Part shown: positions 49,208-57,653 of the stretch, piece after piece
How positions within the stretch are numbered: position 1 is the first letter of the stretch
How the letters are laid out: every line of letters begins with the position of its first letter
Source of the DNA: a phage
Sequence record: PZ445440.1
Direction: 5' to 3' (one strand)
Length of the DNA stretch: 64,000 nt
Program-made: the position numbers and the translations under genes
Notes under the pieces: model-generated
Told to the model about the DNA's origin: nothing
Databases searched by the model: none
Seen by the model: the letters and a program-made list of their open reading frames with translations, nothing else

Positions 49208-49816
49208 TCAGTAACTGACAATAGACAGATTCCAGATTGTATAACTTCCATCCTGAATAATAGAATCTACACGCAGTGTAGTCCCTATAGGGAGCATAAA
49301 TTCACATTCGTCAGATATAAGTCTAGCATTAGACCGTCTTGTCGCTTCAGGGAAAGCTCCATTGAACTCACAAGATGGCGCAGCCAGAATCATGTTAAGC
49401 ATATGTTCACGGAAGTTGAAAGCAAATGGTGCATCTTTGATGCAGAACATATTAAATGTTCCGTAAAAATTATACGAAGCAAAGTTACGTGCTACACCGA
49501 ACACTGGACTGAAGCTCATTACTCTGTCAAATTTAATAATACTACCAATGCCTTTATCATCGAGTGTGGCCATAGTTTTCTTAGAGATTCCACGATACAT
49601 TGTCTCAGGAACAGAAGACGTCCAATTTCTACGAACGATTGAACTTAAATCTTGTTGGATGCTATCAGGCTTGTTTTCCATACACTGCCACAGTACACTT
49701 TGTTCAATGTCGCTGAATTGCTCATCGATTTTGTACTGAAGCATATCTTGATAATCTGGACATTGGGCACGACGAACCATTTCTTCAATTTCACACTCGT
49801 TATACGGCATAAACAT
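49208..49816 (-). CDS. modB: ADP-ribosyltransferase (ModB-like, downstream paralog)
   Basis: 202 aa; R-S-E ART-type motifs (YRG, SFS, ECEF); paralogous to adjacent ORF; A/B assignment by order only. Confidence 0.5.
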   Translation of the reverse strand: MFMPYNECEIEEMVRRAQCPDYQDMLQYKIDEQFSDIEQSVLWQCMENKPDSIQQDLSSIVRRNWTSSVPETMYRGISKKTMATLDDKGIGSIIKFDRVMSFSPVFGVARNFASYNFYGTFNMFCIKDAPFAFNFREHMLNMILAAPSCEFNGAFPEATRRSNARLISDECEFMLPIGTTLRVDSIIQDGSYTIWNLSIVSY

Positions 49817-49873
49817 TTAGGTTTCTCCTGTGGTTGATAAAGGTATAGTATCATCATCGGAAGAGTTTGTACA

Positions 49874-50455
49874 CTAAAAATTCAACATTTTCAAATGAAT
49901 GATTTTGTATAATCGAGATAAAGGGTCATATTCTAAGTCTTCAATTTCCACAATCTCAAATCTAGAGATACCTGAGACCATGTACTCTTGTTCAGATTCA
50001 ATCATATCTAGGACGTCAACACGCGTTTCTTCCATAACATGCTTAGGGTTCTTTCCGGCGAGTACAATGTTAACCATGTTTTGGTAGTAATCAAAAATGA
50101 ATGGAGCATTCCTGAGACTAAGAATAGTGTACGTCTGATATTCCCATCTCCCAGAGAATTGACGAGCTGTACTGAAATCAGTTGTGAACGATGTTACTCG
50201 TCCAGGAGACCAATGGCATCCAACAGAAAGAAGGGAAAGACGTTCTACTTCTTCTGGAGTTACACCACGGTAGAGTTCTACTGGTACTGTAGAAGTCATA
50301 TGCTTACGAACAAGATGGTCTAATTCATAGTGGAAATCCGGGTCTTCCTTAGAATCGGTGCAAGCCCAGAGAATGTTTTGTTCTTGGCGGGTGAATTTGC
50401 TATCAATCAGATTTGTTAGGTATTCGCGTTCTTGAAGTTCAGATTGACATGTCAT
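49874..50455 (-). CDS. modA: ADP-ribosyltransferase (ModA-like, upstream paralog)
   Basis: 193 aa; motifs LYRG, TSFT, EQEYMV; A/B assignment by order only. Confidence 0.5.
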   Translation of the reverse strand: MTCQSELQEREYLTNLIDSKFTRQEQNILWACTDSKEDPDFHYELDHLVRKHMTSTVPVELYRGVTPEEVERLSLLSVGCHWSPGRVTSFTTDFSTARQFSGRWEYQTYTILSLRNAPFIFDYYQNMVNIVLAGKNPKHVMEETRVDVLDMIESEQEYMVSGISRFEIVEIEDLEYDPLSRLYKIIHLKMLNF

Positions 50456-50671
50456 GATAGACCTCCATTTAAAGATAAGTCTATCATAACACGAGAGGAG
50501 GGAATGTAAACTACTTTTTAAGCTTTCCTACTAAAGGCCCATCAGGACTAGGTTGTTCTAACATGAATAAGGATGCTTTAAAAAGCAATGTCAACCCTTT
50601 CACCATTCGATACCATGTCTCAAAGTCTTTTTCCTTGATTTCTAGTAAGAATTTCTCTTTAAATTTCTCTT

Positions 50672-50860
50672 TCATTTCCAAGGACTCCATGGTGGAGGGT
50701 CGTCATAATAAGATGCAAGGTCTTTCAGGGCTTCAACAGGTAAACTAAAGCCGTGTCGTTGTATAATACTATCTAGTTCATCAACAAGTTCACTACGATG
50801 CACTTTAGGAGCCTCAACTTCAGGCTCGTCAAACATACTCATAAGGTCCATATTATTCAC
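50672..50860 (-). CDS. hypothetical acidic protein (62 aa)
   Basis: ORF track. Confidence 0.4.
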   Translation of the reverse strand: MNNMDLMSMFDEPEVEAPKVHRSELVDELDSIIQRHGFSLPVEALKDLASYYDDPPPWSPWK

Positions 50861-50913
50861 CTAAATAAAAACTAGGCTGCTCGGAGAATGTTTCTAGCGC
50901 TACACCTTTTGTC

Positions 50914-51318
50914 TTAAAAAATTTCCAAATAGCTCGTTGCAAATGGACTAAATCTGCTAATGATGTAATAAAGTATTTTTTTGGCAAAATACTTATGGTC
51001 TCGCTTTTCAAACAAGTCTAAACGCTTTTCAGGATTCACATAAACTGCATTTTCCGTAGATTCATAACCTAAGTCCTTTATGCCTTCTTCAAGACTAAAT
51101 GGAGAATTTTTAGAACGAGTAATAGCTCCAACTCGCTCTACACGAATTTTGTAACCTTTAGGAATCTGCAATTTGTAGAATTCTTCTACGATATATTGCG
51201 GATTATTTAGACTTTTGTTAATTAGAATAGCTATTTCTAGTGGAGTCTTATCTTCCACTGGTATATGTTTAAACGATTTGGCTTCAAGCAAATACATTTT
51301 AAATAGCATAGCATCCAT
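50914..51318 (-). CDS. hypothetical protein (134 aa)
   Basis: ORF track. Confidence 0.45.
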   Translation of the reverse strand: MDAMLFKMYLLEAKSFKHIPVEDKTPLEIAILINKSLNNPQYIVEEFYKLQIPKGYKIRVERVGAITRSKNSPFSLEEGIKDLGYESTENAVYVNPEKRLDLFEKRDHKYFAKKILYYIISRFSPFATSYLEIF

Positions 51319-51493
51319 TATAATTTCCTCGATGGTTCACCCATATAAAGTTTTACAATACGTTCGCCTTCATCTTCGACGAGCTTCTCTTCATGTTTCT
51401 GGAATTCTTTAGCCATATTCTCTTCAAGAACATCTAACCAATCTTCTGGTTCGACTCCATCATTCCAGCTTTTAAACCATTTTACTATTCTGT

Positions 51494-51694
51494 TCATTCA
51501 CAGCTCCCTGAGCTTGAACCACAATCAGAATAACTTGACCCAGAATCACCAGGCCAAGACGATACGTATGAATGATTATAACTTGAAGAGTTTGAAGCAT
51601 TAACATGTTTTGTTTTTGGACGAACAACTTCTTCCATCATGCCGTCACCAATGTATTCCCAAGCCTTTTCATGTGTATCTGGAATCGGCATCAT
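51494..51694 (-). CDS. hypothetical Ser-rich protein (start uncertain)
   Basis: Track ORF 51494..51817 overlaps next ORF in another frame; trimmed to internal Met. Confidence 0.3.
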   Translation of the reverse strand: MMPIPDTHEKAWEYIGDGMMEEVVRPKTKHVNASNSSSYNHSYVSSWPGDSGSSYSDCGSSSGSCE

Positions 51695-51707
51695 ACCTTC
51701 GCCTGGT

Positions 51708-52004
51708 TTAACAGCAAACAACTTCTTCAGTATCGTAAGCATTAATTGTTCCTCGAACAAAACGAACACTACCGTCGTCCCAGCGGATTTCGGCATTAAA
51801 TTTGACGTCTTCACCATCCATCATGAATGAGTGTACGACTACATCATCATAATATCCAAGACCGTATTTCAACGAAACTTCTTGAGCAATCAAAGCACCT
51901 AATGTGTTATTAGGTTTAATCCAACGATTTAACATATTGTTCTCCTCTTGAGTAAGTAAGAATATCTTAACATAGTTTTTAGTGGTTGTAAACTGTAGAA
52001 ACAA
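51708..52004 (-). CDS. hypothetical protein (98 aa or shorter)
   Basis: ORF track; follows soc terminator. Confidence 0.4.
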   Translation of the reverse strand: MFLQFTTTKNYVKIFLLTQEENNMLNRWIKPNNTLGALIAQEVSLKYGLGYYDDVVVHSFMMDGEDVKFNAEIRWDDGSVRFVRGTINAYDTEEVVCC

Positions 52005-52012
52005 AAAAAAAA

Positions 52013-52030
52013 AGGAATCCCGAAGGATTC
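52013..52030 (-). terminator. strong intrinsic terminator GGAAUCC-UUCG-GGAUUCC + U11 after soc
   Basis: Perfect hairpin followed by 11 consecutive U on minus strand. Confidence 0.7.
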
Positions 52031-52040
52031 CTTAAATTAT

Positions 52041-52277
52041 TTAACCACTTACTGGTGTAGGGGTAAACATTGCAGCGTTCTTAGTTTTCCAGTCAGCTGC
52101 ATCAGAAACTACAGTAGAATAAGCTGCCTTTTCTGATGGAAAGATTTGGTAATGAGCATCAGCAATCCGATGTTCGTTTGAATAAATCTCAAACGGTACG
52201 GAAACTTCCATACCTTTAACTTCTTTACCTTCACCCGCAGGATGCGTAAAGGTTTTGATGTTTACATAACCACCCAT
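52041..52277 (-). CDS. soc: small outer capsid protein Soc
   Basis: 78 aa; GYVNIKTF and HYQ.FPSEKAAYSTV match recalled T4 Soc; late promoter upstream, strong terminator downstream. Confidence 0.8.
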   Translation of the reverse strand: MGGYVNIKTFTHPAGEGKEVKGMEVSVPFEIYSNEHRIADAHYQIFPSEKAAYSTVVSDAADWKTKNAAMFTPTPVSG

Positions 52278-52308
52278 AATTAACTCCTTTGTTGTTTAAT
52301 TACAGGTG

Positions 52309-52316
52309 TATTTATA
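52309..52316 (-). promoter_or_regulatory. late promoter TATAAATA (minus strand) upstream of soc
   Basis: Exact octamer on minus strand about 32 nt upstream of soc start. Confidence 0.55.
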
Positions 52317-52322
52317 ACTTAA

Positions 52323-52844
52323 TTAGTAACCATTATCCTGACGTTCAAAGTTGTGTTGGTTTTTCAGATAATACAGTTTGAAGATTTCTTCAGCAGAAAG
52401 TCCTAGACCTTGGAACATATTCAGAACAAAGTGGAGGATATCAATCATCTCGAATTTAATTTCAAGCTGGTCTTCAGGAGACAGTTCATCGATACGACGA
52501 TTTCGATATTCAGCATGTTGTGCTTTCCAAGGCTTCCATACAGAGCTAGCGGCTTTTTCACCATTGCTCATACCGCCGAGTGAAGTCAGCAGTTCACGGA
52601 ATTCATCATCAATATAATCTTTCTGATTACGCAGCCAATCAACAACATCACCAGCAGTAGCCAATTCATCAGGATGTTTGTTATGTTCAGGCTTGTCATT
52701 TGCCAGACGAACCTGTAAAGATTTCTGCATATCAAGCATTACCTGCAGTGGGTCTTTATCTTCGTGAATCAGAGCATTAAAATAAGCTTCTTCTGCTTTA
52801 TCAACACCAGAAATAAGTTGTGAACATTCGTTAAAGTGTGCCAT
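52323..52844 (-). CDS. 56: dCTP pyrophosphatase gp56 (MazG-like)
   Basis: Track ORF trimmed to MAHFNEC start; about 173 aa; close match to recalled T4 gp56. Confidence 0.85.
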   Translation of the reverse strand: MAHFNECSQLISGVDKAEEAYFNALIHEDKDPLQVMLDMQKSLQVRLANDKPEHNKHPDELATAGDVVDWLRNQKDYIDDEFRELLTSLGGMSNGEKAASSVWKPWKAQHAEYRNRRIDELSPEDQLEIKFEMIDILHFVLNMFQGLGLSAEEIFKLYYLKNQHNFERQDNGY

Positions 52845-52933
52845 TATTTTTCCTTTCAATTCAGTATAAGAGAGTTTAATTCTAACATTAATTTTATAAA
52901 GCGTAATAAATAATAGGTAACTAAGGAGATATT

Positions 52934-53131
52934 ATGTTTAAACTTCCATCGTTAATCAACGCTATTAAAGGCAATAAAAAGAAAACTGCTATCGCTGCAA
53001 TAGTTGTAGGTGGCATTATTTCATGGAACTTCGGGATTGCACCATTGTTAGTTGCCCATGGTATTATAGTTCCTTCTGTTCCGTTGGATACTGTGGTTGA
53101 TTTGGCCTTTGCTATTATAGGGCTTGTTTAA
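52934..53131 (+). CDS. small hydrophobic protein (65 aa) on opposite strand
   Basis: ORF track; strong AAGGAG RBS 7 nt upstream; two predicted hydrophobic helices; convergent with gene 61. Confidence 0.4.
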   Translation: MFKLPSLINAIKGNKKKTAIAAIVVGGIISWNFGIAPLLVAHGIIVPSVPLDTVVDLAFAIIGLV

Positions 53132-54150
53132 ATCTTCGAATAACGAGATAATCTCATTTTAGCATGCAACCCACTTGAAATATTCTGTTTCATATATTCT
53201 AAAATTTCTTGTGGTGTTGCATTTTCTTTCATTACCATATCATTCACATCCTTTGAACTCCATGGAGCTCTATCCCAGAACATAACACGTTCGCCTGCAT
53301 CTACTAATCGCTTCATACGAGCTATAGTATCCGGATGCCTAGGTTCATTATCCATCACCCATACCCGACGTTCTTTAAATGGTACCACATCTAAATCTAT
53401 TGAGCCGCCTGTAATAGCGATTGCATTGGGTATGAATAAACTATCAATAGGGCCTTCCATTACCCAGACGTCTCCTTCCTTAACACGTTCAACACCGTAA
53501 ATTTTTGTTGCCGACTCAAACGCTTTAATAGTGATATATTTCTGAGGAGCATCTTTACGAAGTGCACGTCCTTGGAATGACTCGGCCTTACCATCTTTAT
53601 TAAAAATAGGAATCACTAAACGTGGTTCGGGAATCTCTTTCTTATACGTACCAGGTTGAATCTTGTTGACCAATTTAGGCCATTCTAATGTGAACCATAG
53701 TCTATTCCATGATTCTTTAGGAATGCATCTAGACTTAACATATTTCACAATAGGATGCTCTTCAGGCAGCTTGTCCAGACGAGAACAAGACGGCAAAGAA
53801 TTTATAGTCTTTTTCTCCGGTTCTGGTTTGTGTTCAGGAACCTTTTCAATCTTTGGTTCCATTCTAGCTTTTTCTTTACGAACTTCCATTAGATACTCGC
53901 GATAAAGCTCTTCATCATACTCTTTTAAGTATCCGGAAATTGTATTATGGTATTGACAGTTATAGCAATGTACATTACCAGGAGTACCGCCATAATACCA
54001 TCCGCGAGCTTTCATTGCATCTGTCTGGGAGTCGCCACAAACCGGACATCGAAATGTTAATTTAAATGTGCTTGAATTATTGATTTGTCTAAAACGAGGT
54101 AGGTGAGAAAACGCACGATAAGCAAATTCATTATCTATCCATTCAGCCAT
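53128..54150 (-). CDS. 61: DNA primase gp61
   Basis: 340 aa; zinc ribbon CPVCGDS...CYNC and TOPRIM core; near-identical blocks to recalled T4 gp61. Confidence 0.9.
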   Translation of the reverse strand: MAEWIDNEFAYRAFSHLPRFRQINNSSTFKLTFRCPVCGDSQTDAMKARGWYYGGTPGNVHCYNCQYHNTISGYLKEYDEELYREYLMEVRKEKARMEPKIEKVPEHKPEPEKKTINSLPSCSRLDKLPEEHPIVKYVKSRCIPKESWNRLWFTLEWPKLVNKIQPGTYKKEIPEPRLVIPIFNKDGKAESFQGRALRKDAPQKYITIKAFESATKIYGVERVKEGDVWVMEGPIDSLFIPNAIAITGGSIDLDVVPFKERRVWVMDNEPRHPDTIARMKRLVDAGERVMFWDRAPWSSKDVNDMVMKENATPQEILEYMKQNISSGLHAKMRLSRYSKI

Positions 54151-54189
54151 AGTATTCTCCAGAGGCCTTAAATTAATAAGGCCATCTTA

Positions 54190-54684
54190 TCACAACTTAT
54201 TAATATTTACTTTAATTCGCTTTCTTTTCTTGGAAGGAATTTGTTCGGGACCTTTATTTACAATTGCACCTGTAGTAGTTCCTGATGCAATAGCTTGAGG
54301 ATTGCCGTCTGAATCACCAGCAACCATATCCTCAAATAAAGGGAGTTCTTTAAATATTTCTTTCTGTTGTTCTTCAGTAATGTTATAGCGTGAAGCTACA
54401 GCACTCCAAGCAGACATCATTGATGCCATTCCATTAAGACCTGGAACAGTGTTCATCATTCGCTTCATTGAACGAACTGAAGCATGAAAAGGTGTATACG
54501 CCGCTTTCTCTTCAGGAGTGGAAGGACGTTTAAGAACACTTCCACGTTCATCGATGATTTTGGCTTCATATGCTTTCCATTCGGTAAAAGGTTTTTGCAT
54601 TAGTCGAATAAACTTATATGCGTAAACAGAATCTATTGCAGTGTTAATAATACCCATAGGTACCTCCTGAGTATATTTAATCAA
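54190..54684 (-). CDS. hypothetical protein (164 aa), 61.1-position
   Basis: ORF track. Confidence 0.45.
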   Translation of the reverse strand: MIKYTQEVPMGIINTAIDSVYAYKFIRLMQKPFTEWKAYEAKIIDERGSVLKRPSTPEEKAAYTPFHASVRSMKRMMNTVPGLNGMASMMSAWSAVASRYNITEEQQKEIFKELPLFEDMVAGDSDGNPQAIASGTTTGAIVNKGPEQIPSKKRKRIKVNINKL

Positions 54685-54874
54685 TTACAAAGATTGCTTT
54701 GTCACCGTTTATATCTGTGACTTCATATGTAGTACCTTCATACTGTGGAATATTCCAAATTACACCGTCATTAGCTTTTACGCTAATATGGCATTGGTGT
54801 TTTGAAACAACTTCATAATCTTCAAAACTTGTAAAAACACTAATTTTAGAACCAGTGCAAATTGCAGTAGTCAT
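54677..54874 (-). CDS. hypothetical protein (65 aa)
   Basis: ORF track. Confidence 0.4.
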   Translation of the reverse strand: MTTAICTGSKISVFTSFEDYEVVSKHQCHISVKANDGVIWNIPQYEGTTYEVTDINGDKAIFVID

Positions 54875-54875
54875 T

Positions 54876-55535
54876 TTAACCTCGATTCATAAATGCATTA
54901 AATATTTGGTCATCAACAGAAATTTCTAATTCGACTTCAATTGCTTCGGCCTTTTCTTCAGGTGGTAATTCGTATCCACACACTACAATTTTTTCATCGA
55001 TATCAAAATATACAGAAGCAATACGATTAATGTTATTTTCAGTTAAGTCCAAATCAACATCAACATCTTTTTGGCCTACACTTAGAGGATAACTAATACG
55101 GGTTATTTTATTATCTTTAACAAAGAGTCCACCAACATACTCTGTACTGCGTTTGAAGTTTACACGTTTCCGAATTGAAAGATATGATACATCTTTACCG
55201 TGAGCTCGGCTCATAGGACATAATGAATAGCTAGAATAAGAGATGTCAAATCCCACACCTTCAATATGAGCCAACGTGTCATGATTAAACCAATTATAAT
55301 CATATGCCAAATCCATTATATTGTAATATGTGAAAGGCACAGGATTAACATCATATGTTGTACCTTTAAAATCTGCCCAGGCAACGATTTCGTTATCTTT
55401 AACAATTACAAAAATTACACCGAGATGGTATCCGTTATTATTTTCATTCGGCGTTATATTATAACATTGTGCATTAGGAAATTTACCATATTTAAATGGT
55501 GCATTTTTGTGCATATAATAAATCATATTATTCAC
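54876..55535 (-). CDS. hypothetical protein (219 aa)
   Basis: ORF track. Confidence 0.5.
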   Translation of the reverse strand: MNNMIYYMHKNAPFKYGKFPNAQCYNITPNENNNGYHLGVIFVIVKDNEIVAWADFKGTTYDVNPVPFTYYNIMDLAYDYNWFNHDTLAHIEGVGFDISYSSYSLCPMSRAHGKDVSYLSIRKRVNFKRSTEYVGGLFVKDNKITRISYPLSVGQKDVDVDLDLTENNINRIASVYFDIDEKIVVCGYELPPEEKAEAIEVELEISVDDQIFNAFMNRG

Positions 55536-55821
55536 CTGTGATTTCGGTTACGATATCTTTGTTATCGAAATTAGGGTCACAATACAAAACATAGTTGTAT
55601 TGCATGATACCACCAGACTTAAGTTGTTCAACAACTTTATTAACCATATTAGGACGGTCTCGTTTAGTGATGTTCATGATATCAGAGAAGATTTGTTGTT
55701 CAACATCTTCTTGATTTGCAGTCATTGACCACTCACAGAGGTCTTTATCATAACCTGCCGTAACTGGAGCCGGTGCACATGATACTGCAAGTAAGATTGC
55801 TGCCAATGATAACTTTTTCAT
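55528..55821 (-). CDS. sp: periplasmic Spackle-like protein (superinfection exclusion, gp5 lysozyme inhibitor)
   Basis: 97 aa with cleavable signal peptide, same length as T4 Sp; conserved YDKDLCEWSM and GG.MQYNYVLYCD motifs as recalled; between 61 and 41. Confidence 0.65.
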   Translation of the reverse strand: MKKLSLAAILLAVSCAPAPVTAGYDKDLCEWSMTANQEDVEQQIFSDIMNITKRDRPNMVNKVVEQLKSGGIMQYNYVLYCDPNFDNKDIVTEITGE

Positions 55822-55884
55822 TTTAACTCCTTAGTTGATTTGATAGGACTACTATACTATAGTCCATCTATAATGTAAACAAAT

Positions 55885-56133
55885 TTATTCTTTTTCGCGA
55901 ATAATAATTACTTGTTGAGGCTGCTGAGCCGATTTCTTTTCGGCAACGATAGACCAAATTAAAGTTCCAATCCAACCAACCATCGTCCAGTTAAAGAGTA
56001 AAGATACAAAGAAGATTGCTGTTGTGCTTTTTGTGCCACGAATAAGTGCGATTACCCAAGGCAACATGTAAATGATGATTGAACCAATACCTGCGATTAA
56101 AACTGCTACTGAACTAGCTACGAATAATTCCAT
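55885..56133 (-). CDS. small membrane protein (82 aa, two TM helices)
   Basis: ORF track; hydrophobic segments. Confidence 0.45.
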   Translation of the reverse strand: MELFVASSVAVLIAGIGSIIIYMLPWVIALIRGTKSTTAIFFVSLLFNWTMVGWIGTLIWSIVAEKKSAQQPQQVIIIREKE

Positions 56134-56194
56134 GTTAATTTCCTCTTGATTTGTTATGTTTATAGTATCTTATTTTAACTTTGGTGTAAACCAA

Positions 56195-56563
56195 TTAATT
56201 AAATTTGTTTAAACGTTCAATACACTGCACGTAGTTATTCGCGATTTGTTTCTGGGTAGGCTCTTTACCAGTTGTTTCAACATAGCGAATGAATGCGATT
56301 TCAGTAGCCTGTAAGCAATGTTCTTTAACGCGCTGTTCTTTTGACATAGCTACAGTATCAGAATCACGATATCGTTGAGCATGAGCATCAGCTTGAATCA
56401 TTCGATTACCTACAGTAACCGGGTCTTCCACTTCAACTTTAGGTTGGTCATACTGTTTAACATTAGGATTGTAAATCAATTGGCCAACGTTATTAGGGAT
56501 AAAGCCATGGGCACCACATCCGGTTAATCCAAATACCATTGCTAAAGCGATTAATTTTTTCAT
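56195..56563 (-). CDS. putative lipoprotein (122 aa)
   Basis: Signal peptide with lipobox LTGC. Confidence 0.5.
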   Translation of the reverse strand: MKKLIALAMVFGLTGCGAHGFIPNNVGQLIYNPNVKQYDQPKVEVEDPVTVGNRMIQADAHAQRYRDSDTVAMSKEQRVKEHCLQATEIAFIRYVETTGKEPTQKQIANNYVQCIERLNKFN

Positions 56564-56591
56564 TTCAATTTCCTCTGTAGTTGATATAAAG

Positions 56592-56621
56592 ATAGTAACA
56601 CAGTATGTAGTGCTTGTAAAC
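56592..56621 (-). promoter_or_regulatory. T4-type early promoter
   Basis: Minus strand GTTTACA-N17-TACTAT upstream of lipoprotein gene. Confidence 0.5.
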
Positions 56622-56632
56622 AGTTTTTAAAA

Positions 56633-56821
56633 TTATCGAAAATCTGCTTCGAAAACTTTCTCGTCATTAACAAATGCTTTAACTAATGCGTTGTTCACTT
56701 CAGCAAGTTGTACCGCAACCCACTCGATTTCTTCGCGATCTCCTGATAACATGATATCTTTAGTGAACATCTCACCGCTTTTAAACCAACCGATAAAAGT
56801 AACTTTAGTTAATTTGCTCAT
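56633..56821 (-). CDS. dmd: Dmd-like antitoxin (inhibitor of host RnlA/LsoA RNase toxins)
   Basis: 62 aa (T4 Dmd 60 aa); position 61.5; motifs V.F.GWFK...MFTK and AEVN.ALVKAF as recalled. Confidence 0.55.
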   Translation of the reverse strand: MSKLTKVTFIGWFKSGEMFTKDIMLSGDREEIEWVAVQLAEVNNALVKAFVNDEKVFEADFR

Positions 56822-57135
56822 ATTTCCTCACAGAACGCCCATTCAGCATGATAAACTGTAGCGCCTTTAGTAACATTCATTTGAACTACATCTACCGGAG
56901 AAATTACTCGATAGAGACGTGGTTCACCTCCATAAGAGCGTGCCGCTCGTCCTGCATAAATCTTTGCTAAACCTATATCTTCAGTAAAGAATACACGATC
57001 CAAGTTTTTCTTACGTCCTGTTTCAGACAGAACTCCTGTTTCTTCAGGAGGACAAAGCATGTTTTCGATGTTAGCTGAACTACTTGAACCGTGATAAAAA
57101 ATCTTAAATTCTGCTTTACAATCGATGGTTTTCAT
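56818..57135 (-). CDS. hypothetical protein (105 aa)
   Basis: ORF track. Confidence 0.45.
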   Translation of the reverse strand: MKTIDCKAEFKIFYHGSSSSANIENMLCPPEETGVLSETGRKKNLDRVFFTEDIGLAKIYAGRAARSYGGEPRLYRVISPVDVVQMNVTKGATVYHAEWAFCEEI

Positions 57136-57190
57136 TTTGTTCTCCAGTAGTTGATAGGTCTATAATAACACAACTACTGGAGAAGTAAAC

Positions 57191-57565
57191 TTAAAAATGT
57201 AATTTAGATACATCTGCGTTGATTTCGGTTTGGTTTGCGTCATATGCAATTAAACGAACCGCTTTAGATGGGTCATTCAATGCATAGAAATGATGGAACA
57301 TTGCTCGAACGATATCACCATTTACGAGTTCTACCTGGATAGGAGAACCTTTTTCGAGTTGGAAATGTTCATAAGCTTTGATGGTTCGTAGATAATCAAG
57401 TTTTTGATTTCCAGCTCCAACGATTTGTACGATACGTTTGCCCATGTTTTCCATACGAGATACAATAGTTTTAGGAGCAAGAATAACGTAGGTTGCCAGC
57501 GGAGAAACTACTTCAACAGTTGTGTTTTCGGTGATTGCAGTAAAAATTGCTTGAGACATATTCAT
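57191..57565 (-). CDS. hypothetical protein (124 aa)
   Basis: ORF track. Confidence 0.45.
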   Translation of the reverse strand: MNMSQAIFTAITENTTVEVVSPLATYVILAPKTIVSRMENMGKRIVQIVGAGNQKLDYLRTIKAYEHFQLEKGSPIQVELVNGDIVRAMFHHFYALNDPSKAVRLIAYDANQTEINADVSKLHF

Positions 57566-57630
57566 AATGTTTTCCTCTTGGTTGGTGTAAGTACATCATA
57601 TCATGCCTAGAGGAAGATGTAAACCCCGAA

Positions 57631-57648
57631 AGGAGACCGAAGTCTCCT
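57631..57648 (-). terminator. stem-loop AGGAGAC-UUCG-GUCUCCU after gene 41
   Basis: Same hairpin family as 582/15592; directly follows gene 41 stop. Confidence 0.5.
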
Positions 57649-57653
57649 TTTTA

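Noticed and set aside
52003-52013. Run of 11 A (plus strand) as a possible slippery or frameshift site
   Set aside because: It is the U-tract of the intrinsic terminator downstream of soc on the minus strand, outside any CDS.
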